Below, piece after piece: positions 9,501 to 18,916 of a stretch of 64,000 bases of DNA (the stretch's first letter is position 1; each line of letters starts with the position of its first letter). The translations under genes and the position numbers were made by a program. This DNA comes from Candidatus Nanopelagicales bacterium (GTDB taxonomy: Bacteria > Actinomycetota > Actinomycetes > S36-B12 > JBBQYX01), in the NCBI GenBank assembly GCA_038208295.1, contig JBBQYX010000006.1:15437-79436 (forward strand), written 5' to 3'. The notes under the pieces were generated by a model. That model had not been told where the DNA came from and ran no database searches. It saw nothing but the letters and a program-made list of their open reading frames with translations.

Positions 9501-10574
9501 TCAGCGAGCGTCGATCTTGAACCGGCGGGCGACGAGCTTGGCCGCAACGTAGAGCACCACCACGAAGAGGATCAGCAGCATGGCGCCGGCCCACGCCCGA
9601 TTGATCGAGGCATCGGTGCCGCTACCGATCTGGTCCCACACAAAGGTGGGTAGGGACGCCTGCGGACCGGTGATCGGGTTCCAGTTGATGCTCTGCGAAA
9701 GGAACGTGGTCAGCAGCAGCGGGGCGGTCTCGCCGGACACGCGGGCGACGGCGAGCATGACGCCGGTGATGATGCCGGCCGAAGCGGTCGGCAGCACGAT
9801 CCGCAGGATCGTCTTCCACTTCGGTACGCCGAGGGCGTAGGACGCCTCGCGCAGATCGTTCGGGACGATCTTGAGCATTTCCTCGGTCGTGCGGATGATC
9901 ACCGGAATCATGAGGATCACCAACGAAATGGCCGCGGCAAAACCTGATCTCCCCAGCCCGAAGGTGAGCACCAACCCGGTGAACACGAACAGGCCAGCCA
10001 CGATGGACGGCACGCCGGTCATCACGTCGACGAAGAAAGACACCCACTTGGCCAGGGGACCGCCGCCGTATTCGACGAGGTAGATCGCGGCCATGATGCC
10101 AATCGGGACGGCAATGATCGTGGCGATCCCGACCTGCTCGATGGTGCCGATCATGGCGTGCAGCGCGCCCCCCCCGGGGGATCGCGGGCTGACGTTACGC
10201 ATCGAGCTCGTCAGGAACTCCCAGTTGAACACGGTGATGCCGCGGGCGACGACGCTGATGAGGACCGACGCCAGTGGCGCCAGGGCCACCAGGAACGTCG
10301 TGTACACCAGGGTCGTCGCCAACCGGTCGATGGCGTGCCGACGCCCCTCGACGGCGAACGACCACCCCGTCTGCAGCACCAAATACAGCAGGGCGGCGAC
10401 GATCAACGTGCCCGCAACGCCGTCCACGGAGGTGAACGCGTTCGCCAGCCAGGCGAGCAGCAAGGCCGCGGCCGCAGCGGCGTACGGCGCCCAGCGCGGC
10501 AGTTTCCCGCCGGTCAGCGTCGAGTGCAGGTCCGGGTCGGTGACGGCCGCCTGCTGCGGAGTGGTGGTGCTCAT
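9501..10574 (-). CDS. pstA: Phosphate ABC transporter permease PstA
   Basis: ATG at 10574 (MSTTTPQQ) within the longer ORF 9501..11135. Multi-TM protein with an EAS-loop-like region ([14 protein letters not shown]). Its start overlaps the pstC stop (ATGA). Confidence 0.93.
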   Translation of the reverse strand: MSTTTPQQAAVTDPDLHSTLTGGKLPRWAPYAAAAAALLLAWLANAFTSVDGVAGTLIVAALLYLVLQTGWSFAVEGRRHAIDRLATTLVYTTFLVALAPLASVLISVVARGITVFNWEFLTSSMRNVSPRSPGGGALHAMIGTIEQVGIATIIAVPIGIMAAIYLVEYGGGPLAKWVSFFVDVMTGVPSIVAGLFVFTGLVLTFGLGRSGFAAAISLVILMIPVIIRTTEEMLKIVPNDLREASYALGVPKWKTILRIVLPTASAGIITGVMLAVARVSGETAPLLLTTFLSQSINWNPITGPQASLPTFVWDQIGSGTDASINRAWAGAMLLILFVVVLYVAAKLVARRFKIDAR

Positions 10575-11569
10575 CAGTTCGCTCCGGAGAAGTCGCGGCG
10601 GCGGGCGATGATCAGCCTCGCAGCCACGTTGACCAGCAGGGTGATGATGAACAACACCAGACCGGAGGCGATGAGCGCCGACAGCCCCGTCGAGCCCGCC
10701 TCGTTCCACTTCAGGGCGATGTTGGCTGCGAAAGTGTTGCCACCGGGTTCGGTGACGTGCCAGTTGATCTCGAACACCGCGGAGAGGATCAGCGCGACGG
10801 CGATGGTCTCCCCCAGTGCCCGGCCCAGCCCGAGCATCGAGGCTGAAATGACACCGGGCCGACCGAAGGGGAAGACGGCCATGCGCACCATCTCCCAACG
10901 GGTAGCACCCAGCGCCAGCGAGGCCTCGATGTGCGCCGAGGGCACCTGGACGAACACCTCCCGCGACACCGCGGAGATGGTCGGAAGGATCATGATCGCC
11001 AGCACCACCCCGGCAATGAAGATGCTCTTGGTGTAGATCCCCAGGGTGTTGTTGAACAACGGGATCCAGCCCAGGTACTGGTCCAGCCAGGTGCCCAGCC
11101 CGTTCATGTTCGGCATCAGGACCTGCAGTCCCCACAGGCCGAAGATGATCGACGGCACCGCGGCGAGCAAGTCCACGATGAACGCCAGGCTGGAGGCGAG
11201 ACGCCGATGGGCGTAGTGCGCGATGAACAGCGCGATCCCCACCCCGACCGGCACGGCGATGATCATCGCGAGGACCGCCGACATGATCGTGCCGAACGCC
11301 AGGGACGCAATACCGAAGACGACCGGGTCGGAGTCGGGGAACCAGTCCGAGGTGGTGAAGAAGTTCGCGGTGTTCGCCTGAAAGGAGGGAATGGCGCGCC
11401 AGATCAGGAAGATGCCGATCGCGGCCATGATGACCAGGACCAGAATGCCGGCACCCCGGGACAGGCCCAGGAATACCCGGTCACCTCGGCGTACCGCACT
11501 GCCACTGAGTTTCGGCGAGTCCGGTTCGGAGTCGGGCGCCATCGCGCCGGCGAGGGGAGTGCTCATCAC
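10574..11569 (-). CDS. pstC: Phosphate ABC transporter permease PstC
   Basis: ORF 10574..11569. Multi-TM with IEASLALGATRWE. Position is between pstS and pstA. Confidence 0.93.
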   Translation of the reverse strand: MMSTPLAGAMAPDSEPDSPKLSGSAVRRGDRVFLGLSRGAGILVLVIMAAIGIFLIWRAIPSFQANTANFFTTSDWFPDSDPVVFGIASLAFGTIMSAVLAMIIAVPVGVGIALFIAHYAHRRLASSLAFIVDLLAAVPSIIFGLWGLQVLMPNMNGLGTWLDQYLGWIPLFNNTLGIYTKSIFIAGVVLAIMILPTISAVSREVFVQVPSAHIEASLALGATRWEMVRMAVFPFGRPGVISASMLGLGRALGETIAVALILSAVFEINWHVTEPGGNTFAANIALKWNEAGSTGLSALIASGLVLFIITLLVNVAARLIIARRRDFSGAN

Positions 11570-11674
11570 GCCTTCCTGAGGTGCCGATCAGTGGTGGCCC
11601 ACGGCACGCCGTGGCCGGCTGAGGAGCCCGCCTTGCGGGCCGGGCGGGAGGATCGAGGGTGCCCCGTACCGGAT

Positions 11675-11716
11675 CGGCCCCGCAACCCCCAGCGGAGAGC
11701 TGCGGATGCGGGGCCG
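11675..11716 (-). terminator. GC-rich hairpin in the 166-nt pstS-pstC spacer (possible partial terminator or processing site)
   Basis: cggccccgca (11675-11684) pairs perfectly with tgcggggccg (11707-11716). The loop contains a further cagc/gctg mini-stem. Confidence 0.45.
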
Positions 11717-11735
11717 TCCGACGGCACAGGTTCGA

Positions 11736-12863
11736 CTAGGACAGGGCGTCCACCGAAGAGCGCACCTTGGTGATCAGGTCACCGGTGATCGGCACGTAGC
11801 CCAGGTCGGGCAGCATCTCCTGCGCCGCGTCGCTTGCGGTGTAGGTCAGGAAGGACTTGGTGAGCGCCAACTGTTCGGCCGGCAGGCCCTGCTCGCAAGT
11901 GATCTCGTAGGTGAGCAGCACGATCGGGTAGGAGCCGGCGTCCTTGGTGGCGTAGTCCAACTTCAGGGCCAGGTCGTTCCCGGTGCCGACGACCTCGCCG
12001 GAGGCGATCGTCTTGGCCGCGGTGTCACTGCTGGCCTCGACCGCACCGCCGCCGTTGTCCACCATGGCCATGCCCAGCTTGGCATCCTGCGCGAACGACA
12101 ACTCGGTGTAGCCGATGGAGTTCGGCGTCGACTTGACCGAGGAGGTCACGCCGTCGGATCCCTTGGAGCCCTGGCCGCCCGGGGCCTTCCACTCCTTGCC
12201 GGCGCCGAACGTCCACACCTTCGGGGCGCTGGCCTCGAGGTACTTGGTGAAGTTGTCGGTGGTGCCGGAGGAGTCGCTGCGGTGGAACTGCGCGATCGTC
12301 GCATCCGGCAGCGTGACGCCAGGATTCGCAGCGGCGATCGCTGGATCGTTCCACTTGGTGATCTTGCCAGCGAAGATGCCGGCGATGTCATCGGCAGTCA
12401 GGGTGAGCTTGTCCACCCCGGGCAGGTTGTAGGCCATCGCGATGGCGCCACCGACCATGGGCATGTTGATTGCCTTGCCAGGCGCGCAGCGAGCGTTCGC
12501 CTTGGTCAGGTCATCCTCCTTGATGGCCGAGTCCGAGCCGGCGAAACTGGTCTGCTTGTTGATGAAGTCCTGGATACCGGCGCCGGAGCCGTTGCCCTGG
12601 TAGTTGATCGTGGCGCCTGGGCACTTGGTCTGGTAGGCGTTGATCCACTCGGCCATGGCGTTCTTCTGCGCCGACGACCCGGACGCCTTGATCGACCCCT
12701 GGACGCAGTCGCCGGCGGCGGCGCTGCCGGTGTCGCTGGCGCTGGCCGTGTCGCTGGCGGCCGAGGTCGTCGTGCCGCTGCCGCTGTCCGAGCCGCAGCC
12801 GGCCAGGGCCAAGACGCCGACGGCCACGACGGCCGACAACGAGACGAGGCGGTTCTTCTTCAC
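11736..12863 (-). CDS. pstS: Phosphate-binding lipoprotein PstS
   Basis: Lipobox LALAGC. Phosphate-binding motifs ASGSSAQ, GNGSGAG and RSDSSGTT, plus LTADDIAGIFAGKITKWNDP. Confidence 0.93.
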   Translation of the reverse strand: MKKNRLVSLSAVVAVGVLALAGCGSDSGSGTTTSAASDTASASDTGSAAAGDCVQGSIKASGSSAQKNAMAEWINAYQTKCPGATINYQGNGSGAGIQDFINKQTSFAGSDSAIKEDDLTKANARCAPGKAINMPMVGGAIAMAYNLPGVDKLTLTADDIAGIFAGKITKWNDPAIAAANPGVTLPDATIAQFHRSDSSGTTDNFTKYLEASAPKVWTFGAGKEWKAPGGQGSKGSDGVTSSVKSTPNSIGYTELSFAQDAKLGMAMVDNGGGAVEASSDTAAKTIASGEVVGTGNDLALKLDYATKDAGSYPIVLLTYEITCEQGLPAEQLALTKSFLTYTASDAAQEMLPDLGYVPITGDLITKVRSSVDALS

Positions 12864-12944
12864 CGGAAGTTCCTCCGAGGTGTCGCACGGGTAGGTGGGC
12901 GATCGCCGCAGACGCTAAGGAGGGCGGGTGTCCGCGCGGCCGGT

Positions 12945-12966
12945 GGCCGGTGAACAGACCGTGAAC
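12945..12966 (-). promoter_or_regulatory. PHO-box-like operator: two 11-nt direct repeats GTTCACGGTCT GTTCACCGGCC
   Basis: Read on the pstS strand, 82-103 nt upstream of the pstS start. It has the exact 11-nt periodicity and GTTCAC core described for actinobacterial PhoP/RegX3-type operators. Confidence 0.5.
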
Positions 12967-13078
12967 GCCGCATGTCATGCCGACCAACGCCGCAGCGGGA
13001 CAACGGATCAGGCCCGTATACGACGCTCACATGGGACCTAAGGCGCCCAGTTCGCTCACGCTCGATCACCCAGTTCGC

Positions 13079-14080
13079 TCACGCTCCGTGCCGCTCCACG
13101 GACACGATGCACGGGTCCTGTGGGACGTCGCCTCCTTCGCCGCCTGGGCCCGTCGAGGACGGGTCGGTGGCAGGCAGTCGCCGGTGCAGCACCACCGCTG
13201 ACCCGGGACGCATCTTCGGACTGAAGCCGCGGGCGGGCACACCGTCGGCCGCCACCGCTGCGGCAGCGCCCAGCACGGTGGGCAGCACCGGCCGGTGGCT
13301 GCACACCACCAGCGGCCGCGCGGCCCCCAGCAGCTCTTCGGCCCGTCGACGGGCCTGATCGGGGGCTCGGGTATGCCCCTCCTCGGACAGCACGGGTTCG
13401 TCCTCGATCGTCGCCCGAATCAGGTCCGCATAAGGCCGGACGGTGTCGTGACACCGGGTCGCATCCGAGGAGTACACGGCCGCAACGCCGTACGCACCAA
13501 GCACAGCGGTCAGGTGCTGCGCCTGGCTGCGGCCCTTGCCCGACAGCGGGCGGTGGGCGTCCGCCCCGTGCCACTGCGCCCGCTTTACGGCCTGGGCATG
13601 CCGGAGCACGACCAGCGGCTCGGTCGCGCCCACGGCCACCGCCGCGGTCACCAGGTCCACGTCCCGGGGGTAGGTCAGCACCGCGGCGCAGGAGGAGGCC
13701 GGCACCCAGCGCCGCTCGTCCACCTCGTCATCGGGCAGATGCCCCAGGTCCGCCGCAGCGCGGGCCACCCAATAACGCACCACCTTGGGCCGACCCAGCG
13801 CCTCGTACCGCTGGTTCGCCAGCCGCGGGCCGAGCACCGGAGTGATGCCGGTCTCCTCAGCGCACTCGCGGACGGCCGCCGCGACCCACGACTCACCCGG
13901 ATCCAGCTTCCCCTTGGGCAGTGACCAGTCCCGGCGTTTCGGCCGGTGCACCACCAGCACCTGCGGGCCGGCCGGCGACTGGCGCAGCAGCACGACGCCG
14001 GCAGCGCGGACCACGCCGTCGGGTGCGATCACCATCACCGCGGCCGCCCCCCGGGGACCGGCCGTGGTAGGTATCCGCAA
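13079..14080 (-). CDS. mutT1: MutT1-type bifunctional protein: N-terminal NUDIX hydrolase plus C-terminal histidine phosphatase domain
   Basis: NUDIX box GKLDPGESWVAAAVRECAEETGI. The C-terminal part has the VVLRHAQA (RHG-type) motif and CSHRPVL. Adjacent to the ppk1 region as in mycobacteria. Confidence 0.85.
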   Translation of the reverse strand: MRIPTTAGPRGAAAVMVIAPDGVVRAAGVVLLRQSPAGPQVLVVHRPKRRDWSLPKGKLDPGESWVAAAVRECAEETGITPVLGPRLANQRYEALGRPKVVRYWVARAAADLGHLPDDEVDERRWVPASSCAAVLTYPRDVDLVTAAVAVGATEPLVVLRHAQAVKRAQWHGADAHRPLSGKGRSQAQHLTAVLGAYGVAAVYSSDATRCHDTVRPYADLIRATIEDEPVLSEEGHTRAPDQARRRAEELLGAARPLVVCSHRPVLPTVLGAAAAVAADGVPARGFSPKMRPGSAVVLHRRLPATDPSSTGPGGEGGDVPQDPCIVSVERHGA

Positions 14081-14094
14081 CTCATCGCCGGTGG

Positions 14095-15627
14095 TCAGCC
14101 CAGCCGGGTGCGCTGGTGCACCTTGCGTACGCGCGGCCAGGCCTTGACGAACTGCAGCCGAGCGCGGTGCTCGGCTTCCACCTCCACGCCGTGCAACAGG
14201 CCCAGCGCGAAGCCGGTGCGCCCGTCGATGCCGTCATGGCCGGCGATCTCCCGAACGGTGTCCTGGGCGATGGCCGCGTCCTGGTGCTCGCCCAACACCT
14301 CGGTCACCATTGACAGCTGCTCGGCCAGCGCCTTGGCCGGCGCCCCGAAGACCGGGACCACCGCCTCCACCGCGTACCGCGCCTTCTTGGCCGCGATCCG
14401 GGTCTCGTGCCAGTCGGTGCTGGGGCCGTCCAGCCGCAGCCCGCGTACGTCCCGGCGCAACCGCCGCCAGGCCTTGTCGACTAACGCGGGCAGCACATCG
14501 CGGGCCGGGGCCTGCGCGGCGTCGGTCAGCAACGGCGCGTGCGCCGCCTGCACCAGCGCGACCAGCAGGTCACGGTGCCGCTGGCTGCGCAGGGCCTCCA
14601 AGGCCTCCTCGCGGGCGTGCGTCAACCGCTCGCGCAGCACTCGGTCCACGGCCTCGCAGGCCAGCGCCGCGTCGTCCGGTGCCAGTCGAGCCGCGTGCGC
14701 ATCGAGGCGACCCAGCAGCACTTCGGTGTCCCGAATCGCGCCCAGTTCGCTGGCCGCCCAGCCCAGTTCAGTCCGCAGTGCCGCGGCCCATTCCGGGTCC
14801 ACCAGCGGCCCGAACGCGTGCAGGCCACTGCGCAGCCGCCGGGCGGCGACCCGCATCTGGTGGACCGCGTCGGGCAGGTCCCGACGGACCCGGACGTCCT
14901 GCAGCAGGAACCGGCGGACGTGGGTGGCCAGGTGGGCCCGTACCGCGTCGGCGGCGGGGTCCTTCGGCGACACCGGTCCGGGCGGTACGAGGTCGGGGGG
15001 CGCGGATGCGCGCGGGCCCAGGGCGTGCGCGGCCTTGGACGACGTCCCGGGGACGGCGCCGAGGTCGACGAGCAGGTCCACCACCTCACTGAGCACGGCC
15101 GCCGAGGCCTCCAGGTCGTCCCCGACAACCTCCACCTCGATCTCGCGGAAGCGGGCCGCGACGTGCTCGCCGTCCAGCACCGAGACGGTGTCATCCACCA
15201 GTTCGGCCAGGATTCGCCCGTCGTGGTCACGCAGCAGGTGCGGCACCCGGACGTTGCGCAGCGTCGCGACCGCGGTAAGCGGGTGCTCTCGGGTCAGGGC
15301 CGTCACCAGGTCGGCGAGTTCCCACGGAACCGCACCGTCCACACCGTGGTCCAGGGGCACCCGGACCTCGTCCCGCACCCCCAACCCGAAACCCTCGACG
15401 GGGAGTTTCAGATGCCAGCCGGCGTCGTGGCCACCCTCCCGCCGCCGCAGGGTGATGCCCCAGCGGAACAGCCGGAGATCCTCAGTGTCGTGATAGACCG
15501 CGGTCAACGTCAGGGGCTCCTGCCGCTCGACCGAGGCCACCAGGGACAGCGCGTCGTTCAGGTCGGGCAGCCGGAACAGCGCATGGACACGGAGTTTGCG
15601 CTCGACCTCGCGATAGGTGTCGCTCAT
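14095..15627 (-). CDS. CYTH plus CHAD domain protein (triphosphate-tunnel enzyme fused to polyphosphate-binding CHAD)
   Basis: N-terminal EVERKL (ExExK) CYTH signature. Long helical His/Arg-rich C-terminal CHAD-like half. The ATG at 15627 overlaps the ppk1 stop (TGATG). Confidence 0.88.
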   Translation of the reverse strand: MSDTYREVERKLRVHALFRLPDLNDALSLVASVERQEPLTLTAVYHDTEDLRLFRWGITLRRREGGHDAGWHLKLPVEGFGLGVRDEVRVPLDHGVDGAVPWELADLVTALTREHPLTAVATLRNVRVPHLLRDHDGRILAELVDDTVSVLDGEHVAARFREIEVEVVGDDLEASAAVLSEVVDLLVDLGAVPGTSSKAAHALGPRASAPPDLVPPGPVSPKDPAADAVRAHLATHVRRFLLQDVRVRRDLPDAVHQMRVAARRLRSGLHAFGPLVDPEWAAALRTELGWAASELGAIRDTEVLLGRLDAHAARLAPDDAALACEAVDRVLRERLTHAREEALEALRSQRHRDLLVALVQAAHAPLLTDAAQAPARDVLPALVDKAWRRLRRDVRGLRLDGPSTDWHETRIAAKKARYAVEAVVPVFGAPAKALAEQLSMVTEVLGEHQDAAIAQDTVREIAGHDGIDGRTGFALGLLHGVEVEAEHRARLQFVKAWPRVRKVHQRTRLG

Positions 15628-17804
15628 CAATGGGCCCGGCGCAGTTGCTTAGTGACGATGAGGGTCTCCTGGTAGTCGGTGAGGGGCGTGCCGTCCTCGG
15701 CGTGGGTCATCCGTGTCCAGTTGCCGTCCGGACCCAGTCGCCACGAACTGGTGCCCGGGTCCAGGGCGAAGTCGAACAGAGTCGCGATCTCGCGGACCTG
15801 ATCCGCACTACCCAGCCGGACCAGGGTTTCCACCCGCCGGTCCAGATTGCGGTGCATCAGATCCGCCGAGCCGATCCACACCTCGGGCTGACCGGCAGTC
15901 TCGAACTCGTACGCCCGGGAATGCTCCAGGAAACGACCGAGCACGCTGACGACCCGGACGTTGTCCGACAGGCCCGGGACACCCGGTCGGATCGCGCAGA
16001 TCCCCCGGACCCAGACATCGACCGGCACGCCGGCCTGCGACGCGCGGTATAGCGCGTCGATGATCCGTTCGTCCACGATCGAGTTGCACTTGAAACGAAC
16101 CCGGGCGGGCTGGCCGGCCCGGTGGTTCTCGACCTCCCGCTCGATGCGCGTGATCAACCCGGTACGGATGGAATGCGGCGCGACCAACAGTCGGTCGTAA
16201 TCGGTGTTGCGGGAATACCCGGAGAGTACGTTGAACAGCCGGGCGACGTCCTCACCAACCACCTTATCCGTGGTCAGCAGGCCGTAGTCCTCGTACAACC
16301 GGGCCGTCTTGGGGTGATAGTTACCGGTGCCCAGATGGCAGTAGCGGCGCAGCTGATCGCCGTCGTCGCGCACCACCATGGACAGCTTGCAGTGCGTCTT
16401 CAGCCCGACGAGGCCGTAGACGACGTGGACCCCGGCCTCCTCCAGTTTGCGACCCCAGTCGATGTTGGCCTTCTCGTCGAACCGGGCCTTGATTTCCACC
16501 AGGGCCAGCACCTGTTTGCCCGCCTCGGCGGCGTCGATGAGGGCGTCGATGATCGGAGAATCCCCGGACGTGCGATAGAGGGTCTGCTTGATGGCCAGCA
16601 CGTTCGGGTCCGCAGCCGCCTGCTCCAGGAACCGCTGCACGCTGGTGGAGAAGGAGTCGTACGGATGGTGAATCAGGACATCGCGCTGGCGCATCGCATC
16701 CAGGACGTCCGGAGCCATCGCGGTCTCGACGTCGGTCAGTGCACGGCTGGTCTTCGGCACGAAGGCGGGGAGTTTCAGGTCGTCCCGGTTGACGCCGACC
16801 AGGGCCCACAGCCCGGTCAGATCCAGTGGCCCCCGGAGCTGGACGACCTCCTGCTCGCTGATGCCGAGTTCGCCTACCAGCAGTTCGCGTACGTACGGAT
16901 CGATCGACTCCTCTACCTCCAGGCGGACCGGCGGACCGAACCGGCGTCGGGTGAGTTCACGCTCCAGCGCGGCGAGAAGGTTCTCGGCGTCGTCCTCCTC
17001 CACCTCCATGTCCTCGTTGCGGGTGACCCGGAAGGTGTGGTGCTGCAACACCTCCATCCCCGGGAACAACTCCCCGAGGTTGACCGCGATCACGTCCTCC
17101 AGGGGTACGAACCGCTCACCACCGAGGGCGACGAACCGCGGCAGTAGCGGTGGCACCTTGACCCGAGCGAACAACTCGGTGCCGGTCTGCGGGTTGCGGA
17201 CCACGACCGCCAAGTTCAACGACAGTCCCGAGATGTACGGGAACGGGTGCGACGGATCGACCGCGAGCGGGGTGAGCACCGGGAAAACCCGATCGACGAA
17301 CATGTCGTTCATTCGTACGCGCTCGGACTCGGTCAACTGCTCCCAGCGCAGGATCTCGATGCCCTCGCCCTGCATCGCGGGCAGCACCTCACGGTGGAAC
17401 ACCTCGGCCTGGCGCATCATCAGATCCCGGCTGCGCAGCCAGATCGCCTCGAGCACCTCCCGCGGCAACCGGCGACTGGCGGCCCGCACCGCGATACCCG
17501 TCACGATCCGCCGCTTCAGACCCGCGACCCGGACCATGAAGAACTCGTCCAGGTTGCTGGCGAAGATGGCCAGGAACTTCGCTCGCTCCAGCAGCGGCAG
17601 GTTCGCGTCCTCGGCCAGCTCCAGCACCCGCTCGTTGAACGCCAGCCAGGAAAGCTCCCGGTCCAGGAAGCGGTTTTCGGGCAGCGGCTCGTCGGTGGCC
17701 GACGGCGGCAGCGGCGTCTCCAGCGCTGGCTGGGGTGCCGAAGCCGGCTCGGAAGCCGGTGCGGCGGACTCGGCTGCGGCCTCGACGTCCTGACTCATGG
17801 TCAT
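15627..17804 (-). CDS. ppk1: Polyphosphate kinase 1
   Basis: 725 aa. [20 protein letters not shown]-terminus, the KTHCK autophosphorylation-site region ([12 protein letters not shown]), and two PLD-like C-terminal domains. Confidence 0.96.
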   Translation of the reverse strand: MTMSQDVEAAAESAAPASEPASAPQPALETPLPPSATDEPLPENRFLDRELSWLAFNERVLELAEDANLPLLERAKFLAIFASNLDEFFMVRVAGLKRRIVTGIAVRAASRRLPREVLEAIWLRSRDLMMRQAEVFHREVLPAMQGEGIEILRWEQLTESERVRMNDMFVDRVFPVLTPLAVDPSHPFPYISGLSLNLAVVVRNPQTGTELFARVKVPPLLPRFVALGGERFVPLEDVIAVNLGELFPGMEVLQHHTFRVTRNEDMEVEEDDAENLLAALERELTRRRFGPPVRLEVEESIDPYVRELLVGELGISEQEVVQLRGPLDLTGLWALVGVNRDDLKLPAFVPKTSRALTDVETAMAPDVLDAMRQRDVLIHHPYDSFSTSVQRFLEQAAADPNVLAIKQTLYRTSGDSPIIDALIDAAEAGKQVLALVEIKARFDEKANIDWGRKLEEAGVHVVYGLVGLKTHCKLSMVVRDDGDQLRRYCHLGTGNYHPKTARLYEDYGLLTTDKVVGEDVARLFNVLSGYSRNTDYDRLLVAPHSIRTGLITRIEREVENHRAGQPARVRFKCNSIVDERIIDALYRASQAGVPVDVWVRGICAIRPGVPGLSDNVRVVSVLGRFLEHSRAYEFETAGQPEVWIGSADLMHRNLDRRVETLVRLGSADQVREIATLFDFALDPGTSSWRLGPDGNWTRMTHAEDGTPLTDYQETLIVTKQLRRAH

Positions 17805-17874
17805 GATGCTGTCACATACGCAGACGTAGGACCGGCGAGCGGACGACCCGGTCCGCGGTCACTGACGGAACCGG

Positions 17875-18879
17875 TCAGCGCCGATACAGGACGTCGGTGT
17901 CCCAGCGAGTGAAACCCAGCGATTCGTAGACCCGGATGGCCGCGGTGTTGACGGCGTCCACATACAGCATCGCGTCGGGCAGACCGCGGGCGCGCAGATG
18001 CTGCAGTCCCGCAATCGTCAGCGAGCGGCCCAGCCCCTGCCCGCGCCGCTGGGGCGAGACCCCGACCACGTAGACCTCGCCGATCGGCGCATGCCCGTGG
18101 TCGTCATGCCGGTGGGCCGGTCCCCCGTCGTGGCTGTGGATCGCCTCACCCCCGTGCATCTTGGTCCAGTGGAATCCCACCAGCGGGCCGAAGCCGGTCG
18201 GGTCGCCCGCCCCGGGCCCGGGCGCCGACGTGCTCTGCGCCACCAGGAACCCCTCAGGGTCGAACCACGGCTCAGCCATCCGACGGTGCAGGTCTGCGAC
18301 CGTCCAGCCGGCCTGATCGGGCAGTTCGACGAAGGCGGCCGCATTCAGGGCGACCCAGTGCTCGTCGTCCTCCCCCGGGTGGAAGGCGCGGATCGTGACG
18401 TCGGCGGGCAGCCGATAGCTGGGCAGCGGCGCGTACAGGGACCGGCGCATCTGCCACAGCACGCGGGCGCGGGTGAATCCCAGCTCCCGGGCCAGCCGGC
18501 CGGCCGCCGGGTGCTCCCCGTGGGCCCACAGCCGCAGCCGACCGTCCGGGCTCTCGGCGAGCAGGCGTCGGGCCAGCAGTCGGCCCAGGCCCTGGCTGCG
18601 GAAGTGCGGATCGACGGCCATCTCGGCGCTGGAACCCTCCACCACGTCGGTGACGTCGAGATGGGCGTAGCCGGCCAGCCGGGGACCGGTGGCCGCTTCT
18701 GCCCAGACCAGGACGTGGCGCACGTCGTAGTCGCCGCCGTAGCGCAGGTGCAACGTGACGTGCTCGGACAGCGGCCGTACCCCGTCCGCCTCGGTGACCC
18801 GCTCGACCAGCATTGCCACCGCGTCCACCTCGACCGGTTCCAGGTGCGGCACCACCTCGACGCTTCCGACCCCGGCCAT
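17875..18879 (-). CDS. mshD: Mycothiol synthase MshD (tandem GNAT)
   Basis: Two GNAT repeats (RSQGLGRLL and RRGQGLGRSL acetyl-CoA loops). Length and N-terminal region are typical of MshD. Confidence 0.88.
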   Translation of the reverse strand: MAGVGSVEVVPHLEPVEVDAVAMLVERVTEADGVRPLSEHVTLHLRYGGDYDVRHVLVWAEAATGPRLAGYAHLDVTDVVEGSSAEMAVDPHFRSQGLGRLLARRLLAESPDGRLRLWAHGEHPAAGRLARELGFTRARVLWQMRRSLYAPLPSYRLPADVTIRAFHPGEDDEHWVALNAAAFVELPDQAGWTVADLHRRMAEPWFDPEGFLVAQSTSAPGPGAGDPTGFGPLVGFHWTKMHGGEAIHSHDGGPAHRHDDHGHAPIGEVYVVGVSPQRRGQGLGRSLTIAGLQHLRARGLPDAMLYVDAVNTAAIRVYESLGFTRWDTDVLYRR

Positions 18880-18916
18880 GCGCGGACTGTACGCAGGCCC
18901 GGTGCCGAACCGATCG

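Noticed and set aside
11706-12953. 415-aa plus-strand ORF over pstS, and similar long ORFs at 13946..15493, 14539..15675, 16122..17147, 16789..17793, 42654..43883, 54715..56499, 60094..61218 and 62349..63719
   Set aside because: All are antisense or out of frame to genes with strong family signatures (pstS, CYTH/CHAD, ppk1, mshA, DUF4032, gpgS, groEL). All have the Arg/Gly/Pro/His-rich composition of GC-driven shadow ORFs.
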